This document shows, piece after piece, positions 1 to 9,979 of a stretch of 64,000 nucleotides of DNA. This DNA comes from a bacterium (GTDB taxonomy: Bacteria > JAMCPX01): positions 1 through 64,000 of the forward strand of contig JBBIVV010000002.1 of the NCBI GenBank assembly GCA_037439545.1, written 5' to 3'. The position numbers were made by a program, and so were the translations under genes. Position 1 is the stretch's first letter; the number at the start of each line of letters is the position of its first letter. The notes beneath the pieces were generated by a model that saw only the letters and a list, made by a program, of their open reading frames with translations, had not been told where the DNA came from and ran no database searches.

Positions 1-69
1 CACGATACACAACTTATCGCCAGCAATATCGATGTCGCCTTTATCGTCGAATCATTAACAAGGCGTTGA
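1..69 (+). pseudogene. Possible truncated fragment of an RsgA-like GTPase (5' part outside window)
   Basis: Frame 1 reads HDTQLIASNIDVAFIVESLTRR-stop. This resembles the RsgA 'QxIAANID.vfIV' segment, which normally lies near the start of the GTPase domain, so the stop looks premature. Only 22 codons are visible. Confidence 0.35.
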
Positions 70-259
70 TTGTTCCAGCAAAGGGGCCCTTGATGAGAAA
101 CGATTTATCCAGAGTGGTTATTTGTTTACATTTAACTACGGATGCTGATTTCAGTCCTCCTTCACATCATGACTTGACTGTCTATGATCGTACGCGAATA
201 AATCATCATAACAGGGCCGCACAATTGACTCTTATCTATGCCCCGATTATACTCAGTTT

Positions 260-913
260 ATGGCGTGGGATGTTTTTGAAGAAAAAACAAATGAATATGA
301 TGACTGGTTTGACCGGCGTTTCGGTGCCGGCGCATTTGATCTGGAGTTGAGATGCATAAAAAGGCTCTTCGGTAAGGTTCCTGAAAATTCACTGGAAATA
401 GGTGCGGGCACCGGCAGATTCGCAAGCTCGCTCAATATAAAATACGGCATTGACCCTTCTTTAAGGGCAGCGCACTATTCAAAGAAAAGAGGCATACAGG
501 TCGTGAACGCAGTTGCCGAGTCCCTGCCATTTCATGCATTCCTGTTTTCGTCTGTGTTTATGATAGTGACAGTCTGCTTTCTCGATGATCCTGCGAAGGC
601 ATTTGCCGAGGCCAACAGGGTTCTTGAGCACCAGGGTACGCTTATCATGGGATTGATCCTCAAGGATTCGAAATGGGGTGATTTCTATGAACATAAAAAA
701 GACTCGGGCAACGTGTTCTACAAGAACGCGCATTTCTGGGCGAAAGACGAACTTTTGACCGCCCTCGGTAAGGCGGGTTTTCGACTGGCTGGTGCTGCAT
801 CGACACTTTTCGATCCACCGGGCTCGCTCATGATTGTGAATCAGAAGATACAGGACGGTATACATCATGATGCAGGGTTTCATACTCTTGCTGCAAGGAA
901 GATCACGGAATAA
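260..913 (+). CDS. Class I SAM-dependent methyltransferase (Methyltransf_11-like)
   Basis: Motif I LEIGAGTGRF, GIDPS, AESLPF, VCFLDDP..AFAEA.RVL...G.L. Confidence 0.85.
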   Translation: MAWDVFEEKTNEYDDWFDRRFGAGAFDLELRCIKRLFGKVPENSLEIGAGTGRFASSLNIKYGIDPSLRAAHYSKKRGIQVVNAVAESLPFHAFLFSSVFMIVTVCFLDDPAKAFAEANRVLEHQGTLIMGLILKDSKWGDFYEHKKDSGNVFYKNAHFWAKDELLTALGKAGFRLAGAASTLFDPPGSLMIVNQKIQDGIHHDAGFHTLAARKITE

Positions 914-1231
914 TATATCGCATGGCGTTAAAAATATTAAGAATAGGCATACAGTATTTTTATTTTCATCGATGGAAATCGATTTTCTCATGGATCATAA
1001 TCTTACCGCTCTTCCCTCTATCGATATAACCTAAAGTGGCTTTGGCGCAGGCATAGAGTTTTGATTCAGCAAGTAAGACTCGCTGTTGAAGATTTGAAGT
1101 TTAAAGGGTTGTTTCTGCACGCTCAAATAAATGAGGCGTCCTGTTTAAATCTGAATCTGTCGTTCACTCTCTCTTTGTTTTCGGGATATGCCATTCCGAT
1201 GAGGTTTCCCATAGAGCCCGCATGTTTCGGG

Positions 1232-1267
1232 TAAAGAATATTCTTCATGAGTGAAGAATATTCTTTA
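1232..1267. promoter_or_regulatory. Perfect 16-bp inverted repeat; candidate upstream activator site for the cus operon
   Basis: TAAAGAATATTCTTCA-tgag-TGAAGAATATTCTTTA; each arm contains the palindrome AAGAATATTCTT; about 55-90 bp upstream of a sigma54 motif. Confidence 0.6.
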
Positions 1268-1319
1268 ATGAAACCCAACGCCATCACTATAACTTGTTAA
1301 TTTTCAAGGAATGGTATAG

Positions 1320-1335
1320 TGGCATTATAACTGCA
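1320..1335 (+). promoter_or_regulatory. Sigma54 (-24/-12) promoter of the RND operon
   Basis: TGGCATTATAACTGCA with GG-N10-GC spacing; IHF-like site (revcomp AATTAACAAGTTA) at 1290-1302. Confidence 0.6.
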
Positions 1336-1363
1336 AAGTTATAGAGCAAGGAAAACAAATAGT

Positions 1364-2653
1364 ATGAAAATATTGATTTTTATTATATACGCGGTTTTGT
1401 TTTTTTTGCCATCTATTGCAATGGCACAGAATAACGCCGCTCCCGGTAAGCTTAACGGAAATGTACTTACGCTGAATGAATATGCCGGCGAGGTACTGAA
1501 AGCCAATCCGAACATAAAAAGCATGCGGGCAAAAGTCGATGCGTATGAGGCACAGTATCATTACACAGGTGTTATACCTGACCCGTCCCTGATGTTCAAG
1601 ATAAGCAATATGGGCACCTCATACTCGGTAGGTCAGGACCCTATGAGCTACCTTGCCTTAGAGCTGGATCAAACGATACCATTCCCGGAGAAGCTCCATC
1701 TTGAGTCGGAAATAGCATATAAAGAATTCCTTACAAGCAGGCAGGAGCTCAGACAAAAGGAACTCGATGTCCAGTCTCAGGCTGTTTCCGCCTTCAGCGA
1801 CTATTATTACAACACCGAGTCACTGCTGTTGCTTGAACAATACGTAAAGGTCATCGATACGGTCATCGGGACAGCGCAGCAAAGGTACGAAACAGGCATT
1901 GCGTCCCAGCAGGACCTTTTGCGTGCGATGCTCGAGCGCTCGAGGCTCGAAGAGAGGATCGAGCTCATAAGCCTTGACCTGAAACGCTCGACCGCGCGTA
2001 TGAACGGCCTGCTCGGGGAAAGACCGGACACACCAATCCCGGATCCGGCAGGACTGCAGGTTTTCAGCATCAGCTATGACAAGGACGCGCTCTATAGCTC
2101 CGCGGAAGAGACATCGCCCGGTATATCTATGGCAAAGATTGAAGTAGAAAAAAGCGAGCTTGAACTATCGAAGAGTAAATGGTCGTATGCCCCGGACCTT
2201 GACATTGGCGGCGGTATTATGCTGCGAAGCGTATATCCGCCCGGCTGGACAGCGAGCATCGGCATTTCATTGCCTTTATATTTCTGGGCAAAACAACGAT
2301 ACATGGTCAAGGCCGCAGGCTCTGGTCTGACTGCTGCAAAGCAGAGCGAGGACAATACTGAAAAATCAATTCTTGCCGAGATCGACGCTACCTACAAAGA
2401 AGCCGTGACCACGTATTCATTGATCGACCTCTACAGCAACAAGATCGTACCGCAGGCAGCGCTCACGTTCAGTTCGGCGATCAGCAGCTATACGACCGGC
2501 AGGGTGGACTTCCTTAGCACTATGGACGCACTGCTCATGCTCATCGATTACAAACAGATGCTGTACCAGAGGACGTCGGAATATTACAAGGCGCTGGCGC
2601 GGCTGAGCGTGCTCAGCGGGGTTGATTTGATAAGGGCAGGAGAACAGAAATGA
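1364..2653 (+). CDS. TolC/CusC-family outer-membrane efflux protein
   Basis: Signal peptide, OEP-type helical repeats (RYETG..SQQDLLRA; YTTGRVDFL), first gene of an RND operon. Confidence 0.85.
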   Translation: MKILIFIIYAVLFFLPSIAMAQNNAAPGKLNGNVLTLNEYAGEVLKANPNIKSMRAKVDAYEAQYHYTGVIPDPSLMFKISNMGTSYSVGQDPMSYLALELDQTIPFPEKLHLESEIAYKEFLTSRQELRQKELDVQSQAVSAFSDYYYNTESLLLLEQYVKVIDTVIGTAQQRYETGIASQQDLLRAMLERSRLEERIELISLDLKRSTARMNGLLGERPDTPIPDPAGLQVFSISYDKDALYSSAEETSPGISMAKIEVEKSELELSKSKWSYAPDLDIGGGIMLRSVYPPGWTASIGISLPLYFWAKQRYMVKAAGSGLTAAKQSEDNTEKSILAEIDATYKEAVTTYSLIDLYSNKIVPQAALTFSSAISSYTTGRVDFLSTMDALLMLIDYKQMLYQRTSEYYKALARLSVLSGVDLIRAGEQK

Positions 2654-2696
2654 AATATACCATTTTTAGATCAAGCACAGAACTCTCCTGCATTAT

Positions 2697-2814
2697 CCCC
2701 CTTAAGATAAGGGGGACGGAAGGGAGTTATAAAAGTGTACCGCTTCCTGTTGCGGTGCTACCAGAGCCCGCAGAAAGTAACGCCCCTGCCCCCTCTTACG
2801 CTAAGGGGGGTAAC
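2697..2814. repeat. Palindromic REP/MITE-like element, copy A
   Basis: CCCCCTTA-AGA-TAAGGGGG-ACGGAAGGGAGTTAT ... GTAACGCCCCTG-CCCCCTCTTA-CGC-TAAGGGGGG; related copies at 45999 and 59166. Confidence 0.75.
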
Positions 2815-2891
2815 GCTGAAGTTCGAGAATGGGGAACACACCTCCGGCACCTCTTGTTAGAGGGGAAAAGGAAAAGGGAATGGAGATTAAT

Positions 2892-4241
2892 ATGAGAAGA
2901 TATTTAATAATTTCCGGTATCGTATTTCTGGTTTTGACGGCATACGGGTGCTCAAAACATAATACAATGGGTAATGCCGCAAACGGACAGGTCCAGCAAA
3001 CGAAAGAGAATTGCAGGACCATGTACAAATCAACCATGATGCCAAAGGAGATATCGAGCACCCCGGGTAAAGATTCCATGGGCATGGAAATGGTACCGTT
3101 TAAAGTCTGCGAACAGACGGAAGGGGGCAAACCTCTTGCTTCCGGCACTGTTCAGATATCATCAAGGCTACAGCAGATGTATGGTATAACACTCGGTGTA
3201 GTTGAGCAGAAGGACTTAAAAACGACAATGCACAACCCTGTGATTATCAAATATAACGAGACAAAACTGAAGGACATAAACATAAGATTTTCAGGATGGA
3301 TACAAAAATTATATGCCGATTACACGGGTATTATGGTTTATAAAAACCAGCCGCTGTTTACCATCTATTCTCCGGAACTCGTATCTGCCGAGCAGGAATA
3401 CTTGCTTGTAGCCAAGAATCCGTACTCGGCAAACAACAAAGAGCTTGTCAGTGCCGCGGAGCAAAAACTGAGATTGTGGAATATCACCGATAGTCAGATA
3501 GCGGAGATAAAAAGGGCGGGTAAAGCATTCGATACACTTTCTTTTTATGCCCCATTCACAGGCTATGTGATTGAAAAACATGTTTTACAGGGGCAGCATG
3601 TTGATGCAGGGCAAACATTGTTTACGATTGCGGATTTAAACGATGTTTGGGCAATGGTTGATGTGTATGATAATCAAATTCCGTTTGTTCATAGAGGACA
3701 GCAGATAAGTCTTGAGCTTCAGTCATTCCCGGGCGAGACTATTAAAAGTTCAATCGATTATGTGTATCCATACCTGAACAACGACACGAGAACCGTAAAA
3801 GCAAGAGCAGTCATATCCAATTCCGGATACAGGATAAAACCCGATATGTATGGCTATGCTGATATAAATGTGGAGCTTGGTGAAAGGCTTGCAGTGCCTG
3901 CTGATGCTGTCATGAACACGGGAACAAAACAGGTCGTGTTTGTATATCAGGGTGACGGTTATTTCGAACCGCGTACGATCAAAATCGGGGAGCACGCCGA
4001 TAAATATTATGTTGTTCTCTCAGGGCTCGAGTCAGGAGACAGGGTCGTGACAAATCCGGTATTTCTGATTGATGCTGAATCCAATATCAATGAAGCAAGC
4101 GGTGCCATGGGATCTATGCCGGGTATGGATATGAGCGGTACAAAACCGGAAAGCACACAAGAAGAGAGCAAACCTGCAGAACGGAAGGAGGAACCCGCCC
4201 CGTCAAATCAGAATAACTCAATGCCAGGGATGAAGATGTGA
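2892..4241 (+). CDS. cusB: CusB-type RND periplasmic adaptor (lipoprotein) with Met-rich metal-binding segments
   Basis: LTAYGC lipobox, KSTMMPKEISSTPGKDSMGMEMVP, GWIQKLYAD..G..V....PLF.IYSPEL, Met-rich tail; ATG 2892 follows a GGAG RBS. Confidence 0.85.
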   Translation: MRRYLIISGIVFLVLTAYGCSKHNTMGNAANGQVQQTKENCRTMYKSTMMPKEISSTPGKDSMGMEMVPFKVCEQTEGGKPLASGTVQISSRLQQMYGITLGVVEQKDLKTTMHNPVIIKYNETKLKDINIRFSGWIQKLYADYTGIMVYKNQPLFTIYSPELVSAEQEYLLVAKNPYSANNKELVSAAEQKLRLWNITDSQIAEIKRAGKAFDTLSFYAPFTGYVIEKHVLQGQHVDAGQTLFTIADLNDVWAMVDVYDNQIPFVHRGQQISLELQSFPGETIKSSIDYVYPYLNNDTRTVKARAVISNSGYRIKPDMYGYADINVELGERLAVPADAVMNTGTKQVVFVYQGDGYFEPRTIKIGEHADKYYVVLSGLESGDRVVTNPVFLIDAESNINEASGAMGSMPGMDMSGTKPESTQEESKPAERKEEPAPSNQNNSMPGMKM

Positions 4242-4272
4242 GTCTATCATGAACAGATTAAAAACAACTATA

Positions 4273-4373
4273 AAATCCCCCGACCCAAGAGGAACTTGGG
4301 TGCCCCGCCCCCTTTTTCAAAGGGGGAAACAGCTCTATTCCCCTCTTTGGGAAAGAGGGGTTAGGGGAGATTT
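4273..4373. repeat. Palindromic REP-like element (related family), copy B, overlapping the cusA RBS
   Basis: AAATCCCCC...CCCCCTTTTTCAAAGGGGG...CCCCTCTTTGGGAAAGAGGGG-TTAGGGGAGATTT; terminal inverted repeats plus two hairpins. Confidence 0.7.
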
Positions 4374-7300
4374 ATGATCAATAAAATCATCGAATACTGT
4401 GCAAAAAATAAGTTCATAGTCTTTCTCGGAACGTTCTTTATTGCCGGATGGGGGGTATGGGTTCTCAACCGTACGCCCCTCGAAGCAATACCGGATCTCA
4501 CGCCTGTGGAAGTCATTGTTTATACAAAATGGGAGGGCATCAGCCCGGACATCATGGAAGATCAGGTCACCTATCCGATCGTTACTGCGTTGATCGCAGC
4601 TCCAAAGGTAGATATTGTCAGAGGGTATTCTTACTTCGGATATTCTTATGTTTATGTAATATTTAAAGAGGGCACCGACATATACTGGGCGCGCAGCAGG
4701 GTACTTGAATATATGCAGGAGCTGAAGGACAAACTTCCGCCCGGTGTAAACCCTGCACTCGGTCCTGATGCAACAGGCATTGGCTGGGGTCTCGAGTATG
4801 TGCTCGTTGATAAAGGACACAAATACAGTCTGGCAGATCTCAGGACATTCCAGGACTGGTATTTAAGGTACTGGCTCGAATCTGTGCACGGCGTGTCCGA
4901 GGTTGCGGGTATCGGCGGATTTGAAAAGGAATTCAGAGTAAACGTATATCCGGAAAGACTTCAGGCATATCATCTTTCTTTAAATAAGGTCATTGAGGCA
5001 GTTCAGCATTCAAACAATGATGTCGGCGGTGCATCCATAGAGGTAAACGGCACGGAGTTCGATATCCGCGGAAACGGTTATATAGAATCGCTGGACGATC
5101 TCGGGAATGTGGTCGTTTACAATTCTCCTGAGGGAACACCGGTCCTGCTCAAGAACATTGCCGACATAAAATATGATGCGCTGATGAGACGTGGTGAAAC
5201 CGATTATAATGGCGAGGGCGATGTCGTAGGTGGTATCGTGATTGTCCGGTACGGTGCCGATATGTATAGTATACTCGACAGCGTAAAACAAAAGATTAAA
5301 GAAATTACTCCATCCCTGCCCAAAGGTGTGGAATTAAAGGTTGTCTACGACCAGTCGTCATTGATCAAAAGGTCTGTGGCAACACTGCGTGAAAAGCTCG
5401 TCGAAGAAAGTATCATCGTCAGTATTGTGTCTATAATATTTCTTTACAGTGTTACCAGTGCACTTGTCGCAATCATCATCCTGCCTCTCGCCATACTTAT
5501 GGCACTCATAGGCATGTATTATGTCGGCGTGTCTTCGAATATCATGTCACTCGGCGGTATTGCCATTGCTATCGGAGCCATGGTCGATGCTGCCATTATT
5601 ATGATAGAAAATGCGAACAAGTTTCTCGAACACGAGCATGATCTGACAAGTGAAAAACACGAGGAGCTTATTATTAAGGCTGCAAAGCTTGTGGGAAGGC
5701 CGTTGTTCTTTTCTTTGCTCGTCATCGCTGTTTCATTCCTGCCCATATTTGCACTGACCGGCCCCGAGGGTAAGCTGTTCAAGCCGCTTGCGTATACGAA
5801 AACATTCTCCATGATGTTTGCGGCATTCTTATCCATAACACTTGCGCCGACATTGATGACCCTGCTCATGCGCGGCAAGATCACACCGGAGGAGAACAAT
5901 CCCCTCAACCGGCTGCTGATACGGGCATATCATCCGGTTGCTGTATTTGCACTGAAACACAGAACGATTATTGTCGTTTCGGCAATCATTATAGTTGCAT
6001 CTATCATCTTCCCATTTTCGAAGCTGGGCAGCGAGTTCATGCCGCCTCTCAATGAAGGGACAATCCTTTATATGCCGACGACATTGCCCGGTGTATCGAT
6101 AACACAGGCACGGCAGATACTGCAGTTGTCGGACAGAATTATCATGACCTTTCCGGAGGTTCAATATGTATTCGGCAAATCGGGTAAATCGGAATCGTCA
6201 ACAGACCCGGCTCCGCTCGAGATGCTTGAATCAATTATTCAGCTTAAACCAGAATCAGACTGGCCCAAAGGCATGACGTGGCAGAAGCTTATTGCTCAAA
6301 TGGATGCAGCAGTAAAGATTCCCGGTGTAACGAATGCATGGACAATGCCTATAAAGGGTAGGACAGACATGCTTACCACAGGCATAAGAACACCTATCGG
6401 CATAAAGATATATGGTCCTGATCTCAAAGAGATGGAAAACATCGGTAAGATGATTGAATCCACTTTAAGCAAGGTACCCGGCACAAGAAGCGTTTACGCC
6501 GAAAGAGTGGTCGGAGGACATTATATAGACTTTGATATAAACAGGCAGGCAATAGCGCGGTATGGATTGATGATCAGCGATGTCGAGGATGTTATTGAAA
6601 CAGCAATCGGAGGCATGACGATCGGCAAGGTCATACATGGCAGAGAAAGATTCTCCATTGCATTACGATATCCGAGGGAATTAAGGAATAATATCGATAC
6701 ATTAAAACAGGTGCTTGTCCCGACCCCATCCGGAGCGCAGATACCGATTGGCGGGCTTGCAGACATTCACATTGACAACGGTCCTCCTATGATAAGGGAC
6801 GAGAACGGCAGCCTTTCAGACTGGATATACGTTGATCTCTCGACAAGCAATATCGGCAGCTACGTTGAACGGGCAAAGAAGGCTGTCGATGATGAGATTA
6901 TAAAGAAAGGTATGCTGCCTGCAGGCTATACGATAGTCTGGAGCGGGCAGTTTGAATACATGGAGCATGCAAAAAAGACCCTTATAGTCATTATTCCACT
7001 CACGCTCTTTGTGGTATTTCTCTTGCTCTACTTCAACAAACATTCGGTCACCGAGGCGTTGATCGTCATGCTTGCAGTTCCTTTCTCTCTTGCAGGTGCA
7101 ATTTGGGGACTTTACCTTATGCACTATCAACTCAGTGTAGCGGTATGGGTGGGTATCATTGCACTCGCGGGCGTCGATGCGGAAACAGGGGTCGTGATGC
7201 TCGTGTATCTCGATGAGGCGTATCACCGGTGGAGGGATGAAGGGAAGATGCGCTCCGAAGATGATCTTAAAGAATCCATCATGTATGGTGCGGTGCAGAG

Positions 7301-7520
7301 GATAAGACCCAAGATGATGACTGTGTTCGCAATCATCGCAGGACTTCTGCCGATCATGTGGAGTTCAGGCGCAGGCGCAGATGTCATGAAGCGCATAGCA
7401 ATGCCTATGATCGCAGGCGTGGTAACATCCGCTATCATGGAGCTCGTCGTGTATCCGGTGATCTATCTTTACTGGAAGAGGAAGACCTTGCCGGAACAGG
7501 AAAAGAAGAAAGTGCAATGA
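4374..7520 (+). CDS. cusA: CusA/CzcA-family heavy-metal efflux RND permease (Cu/Ag type)
   Basis: 1048 aa; EDQVTYP, GPDATGIGW, AIAIGAMVDAAIIMIEN, GSEFMPPLNEG, RIRPKMMT. Confidence 0.93.
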   Translation: MINKIIEYCAKNKFIVFLGTFFIAGWGVWVLNRTPLEAIPDLTPVEVIVYTKWEGISPDIMEDQVTYPIVTALIAAPKVDIVRGYSYFGYSYVYVIFKEGTDIYWARSRVLEYMQELKDKLPPGVNPALGPDATGIGWGLEYVLVDKGHKYSLADLRTFQDWYLRYWLESVHGVSEVAGIGGFEKEFRVNVYPERLQAYHLSLNKVIEAVQHSNNDVGGASIEVNGTEFDIRGNGYIESLDDLGNVVVYNSPEGTPVLLKNIADIKYDALMRRGETDYNGEGDVVGGIVIVRYGADMYSILDSVKQKIKEITPSLPKGVELKVVYDQSSLIKRSVATLREKLVEESIIVSIVSIIFLYSVTSALVAIIILPLAILMALIGMYYVGVSSNIMSLGGIAIAIGAMVDAAIIMIENANKFLEHEHDLTSEKHEELIIKAAKLVGRPLFFSLLVIAVSFLPIFALTGPEGKLFKPLAYTKTFSMMFAAFLSITLAPTLMTLLMRGKITPEENNPLNRLLIRAYHPVAVFALKHRTIIVVSAIIIVASIIFPFSKLGSEFMPPLNEGTILYMPTTLPGVSITQARQILQLSDRIIMTFPEVQYVFGKSGKSESSTDPAPLEMLESIIQLKPESDWPKGMTWQKLIAQMDAAVKIPGVTNAWTMPIKGRTDMLTTGIRTPIGIKIYGPDLKEMENIGKMIESTLSKVPGTRSVYAERVVGGHYIDFDINRQAIARYGLMISDVEDVIETAIGGMTIGKVIHGRERFSIALRYPRELRNNIDTLKQVLVPTPSGAQIPIGGLADIHIDNGPPMIRDENGSLSDWIYVDLSTSNIGSYVERAKKAVDDEIIKKGMLPAGYTIVWSGQFEYMEHAKKTLIVIIPLTLFVVFLLLYFNKHSVTEALIVMLAVPFSLAGAIWGLYLMHYQLSVAVWVGIIALAGVDAETGVVMLVYLDEAYHRWRDEGKMRSEDDLKESIMYGAVQRIRPKMMTVFAIIAGLLPIMWSSGAGADVMKRIAMPMIAGVVTSAIMELVVYPVIYLYWKRKTLPEQEKKKVQ

Positions 7521-7602
7521 AGTGAAAAAGCAAAAATTATAACGCCCCTTCAGGCTTGTATTTATTCTGTAAAATGTATAAAGTATAATAAAGGAGGTTA
7601 CT

Positions 7603-7764
7603 ATGGCAAAACATGAAGATCCGGTATGCAAGATGGTAGTGGATGAAAAACTTGCAGCGGCAAAATATGATTACAAAGGAACAACCTATTATTTCTGTGC
7701 AAAAGGATGTAAAGACAGGTTCGAAAAAGAACCGGAAAAGTATTTGGCGCAAAAAACAAAATAA
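7603..7764 (+). CDS. Small YHS-domain protein (53 aa; not in ORF track)
   Basis: MAKHEDPVCKMVVDEK..AAKYDYKGTTYYFCAKGCKDRFEKEPEKYL; AGGAGG RBS. Confidence 0.88.
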   Translation: MAKHEDPVCKMVVDEKLAAAKYDYKGTTYYFCAKGCKDRFEKEPEKYLAQKTK

Positions 7765-7776
7765 AAAGGAGGCACA

Positions 7777-8172
7777 ATGACAAGATTTAACCTATCGATT
7801 AAAATACTGACCGTTATGCTGCTTATTTCAGCAATAGCAGTATTTGCGGAGAGATCAAGGGCATGCAGCGCATGCAACCCGCATGGCACTGGAAGTATAA
7901 TGCTCAGTCAGAATGATCAGGGCATCGATACTATGAATACCAATCAGGGCCAGACACCGGCAGAGGGCTATGCAGTGTGCCCGGTGTGTCATATGAAATT
8001 CAAAATAACAAAAGATACACCCACGGCGCTTTACGGTGACAAAAAATATTATTTTGATACCGAAGCGGACAAGGATGAGTTTTTGAAGGACCCGAAGAAG
8101 TACATTAACAGTATGCCGTCAGGCAATGAAATGAATAAGCCTCCTGTATCGAACGAAAACAAGAACATGTAG
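7777..8172 (+). CDS. Exported YHS-domain protein
   Basis: Signal peptide, CSAC, CPVCHM..YGDKKYYF......EFLKDPKKY; AGGAGG RBS. Confidence 0.8.
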   Translation: MTRFNLSIKILTVMLLISAIAVFAERSRACSACNPHGTGSIMLSQNDQGIDTMNTNQGQTPAEGYAVCPVCHMKFKITKDTPTALYGDKKYYFDTEADKDEFLKDPKKYINSMPSGNEMNKPPVSNENKNM

Positions 8173-8191
8173 AAAGCGCACCGCTTTTTCC

Positions 8192-8225
8192 AAGGCAGAG
8201 GTTTGATGTGTCAGGCCCCTGCCTT
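8192..8225 (+). terminator. Hairpin after the cus/YHS operon
   Basis: AAGGCAGAGGTTTGA-tgtg-TCAGGCCCCTGCCTT; weak U-tract. Confidence 0.4.
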
Positions 8226-8254
8226 ATCCATTTTCTGAGAGCTCTTATTATCTT

Positions 8255-9979
8255 ATGATAAATATAGAAATAGCCGGTATCTTCAACAGTATAGCAGACA
8301 TACTCGAGATCAAAAATGACAATCCATTCCGGATAAGGGCTTACAGGAAAGCAGCCGGTGCAATAGAAGAGCTGTCCGAAGATATCGATAAACTGGCAGA
8401 GGACGATAAGCTGGAAGGTATACCAGGCATCGGAAAGGACCTGCACGCCAAGATAGATGAATACGTGCATACAGGTAAAATAGAAGTATATGAAGAACTT
8501 AAAAAAGAAATACCTCAGGGTGTCCTCGATATACTCTCTATCCCCGGTGTCGGGCCAAAAACAGCAAAACTTCTGTACGATACATGCGGCATAGATTCTA
8601 TTGAAAAGCTTGAGGCTTATGCGAGTTCGGGAAAGATAAAAAACATTAAGGGCATCAAAGAAAAAACGATAGAGAATGTACTAAAAGGCATTGCACTGAA
8701 AAAGAGTATACAGGGCAGGTTTCCGCTCGGCACAGCACTGCCTGCAGGCGAAGCCATTATCAGCGAACTGAAGGGTGCCGGAGACATAAGCACTATCGAG
8801 CTTGCCGGAAGCATAAGACGCAGGAAAGAAACAGTAGGAGATATAGATATACTGGTCACGACAAGTGATCCGGTGTCATTGATGGACAGATTCGTACATA
8901 TGAAAGGTATTGAACGCGTTCTCTCCCATGGTGTAACACGGTCATCCGTTATCCTGAGGGATAAGCACATACAGGTGGATGTACGTGTTGTAGAGAAAGG
9001 CAGTTTTGGTGCGGCACTTGCGTATTTTACAGGTTCTAAATCCCACAATATAAAGCTCAGAGAAATAGCGATAAAAAAGGGCCAAAAGCTGAATGAGTAC
9101 GGCATCTTTGACGTAAAAAACGATAAAAAAATTGCCGGCGCTACCGAACAGGATGTTTATGAGACGCTCGGCTTGCAATGGGTGCCGCCTGAAATACGCG
9201 AGGACCAGGGTGAAATCGAGCTCGCAGAAGGGCATAAATTGCCCGGGTTGATAGTGGACAGCGACATAAAGGGTGATGTGCACATGCACACCACTTACAG
9301 TGATGGCGATAAAACGGCAGCGCAGATGGCGGAACATGCGCAGACCCTCGGTTATGAATATATTGCAATTACGGATCATTCGCAGTCTCTTAATATCGCA
9401 TGGGGACTGGATGCCCGGCGTCTGAGGCTTGAGATGGATGAAATAGACGAACTGAATGAAAAACTGAAGGACATAAAGATACTCAAAGGTATGGAGGTCG
9501 ATATACTGTCAGACGGCAGGCTTGACATGGATGCGGCATTACTTGATAGACTGGACATAGTCATCGGATCTGTACATTCTGGTTTCAAGCAGCCAAAAGA
9601 TAAAATCACCATGCGTATGGTGAAGGCAATGGAAACAGGACTTGTCGATCTTATAGGTCACCCGTCAGGCAGGCTTATCGGAGAAAGGGATGCGTATGAG
9701 GTGGACTGGGACGCAGTTTTCGAAGCTGCCGGGAAGATGCACGTTGCAATGGAAATAAATTCCTATCCATTAAGACTCGATCTTACCGACATCATGATCA
9801 AAAAGGCAAAGCATTACGGGTTAAAATTCATGATCACGACGGACAGCCATGATCCGAACCAGATGAGGTACATGAGCTATGGCGTTTCTGTCGCACGGCG
9901 GGGCTGGCTTGAAAAGGGCGATGTCGTAAACACAAAGGATTGTAAAAACTTTATGAAATGGCTGAAGGGAGACAGATGA
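8255..9979 (+). CDS. polX: DNA polymerase X / PHP 3'-5' exonuclease
   Basis: NPFRIRAYRKAA, HhH motifs GIGK and GVGPK, GSIRRRKETVGDIDIL, YFTGSK.HN, PHP motifs DVHMHT..SDG, ITDHS, TDSH. Confidence 0.93.
   Translation: MINIEIAGIFNSIADILEIKNDNPFRIRAYRKAAGAIEELSEDIDKLAEDDKLEGIPGIGKDLHAKIDEYVHTGKIEVYEELKKEIPQGVLDILSIPGVGPKTAKLLYDTCGIDSIEKLEAYASSGKIKNIKGIKEKTIENVLKGIALKKSIQGRFPLGTALPAGEAIISELKGAGDISTIELAGSIRRRKETVGDIDILVTTSDPVSLMDRFVHMKGIERVLSHGVTRSSVILRDKHIQVDVRVVEKGSFGAALAYFTGSKSHNIKLREIAIKKGQKLNEYGIFDVKNDKKIAGATEQDVYETLGLQWVPPEIREDQGEIELAEGHKLPGLIVDSDIKGDVHMHTTYSDGDKTAAQMAEHAQTLGYEYIAITDHSQSLNIAWGLDARRLRLEMDEIDELNEKLKDIKILKGMEVDILSDGRLDMDAALLDRLDIVIGSVHSGFKQPKDKITMRMVKAMETGLVDLIGHPSGRLIGERDAYEVDWDAVFEAAGKMHVAMEINSYPLRLDLTDIMIKKAKHYGLKFMITTDSHDPNQMRYMSYGVSVARRGWLEKGDVVNTKDCKNFMKWLKGDR

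Noticed and set aside
2829..2891. Longer cusB start at 2829
   Set aside because: The extension is repeat-derived; the lipoprotein signal and RBS fit ATG 2892
2650..2895. ORFs 2650-2895 and 59134-59382 as a new protein family (shared PLKIRG.EG.Y)
   Set aside because: The similarity is fully explained by the underlying DNA repeat; kept only as possible bridge ORFs
7574..7590. ATGTATAAAGTATAATA as a sixth operator site
   Set aside because: Lacks both GTATAC cores and is explained by a TATAAT -10 box in AT-rich DNA
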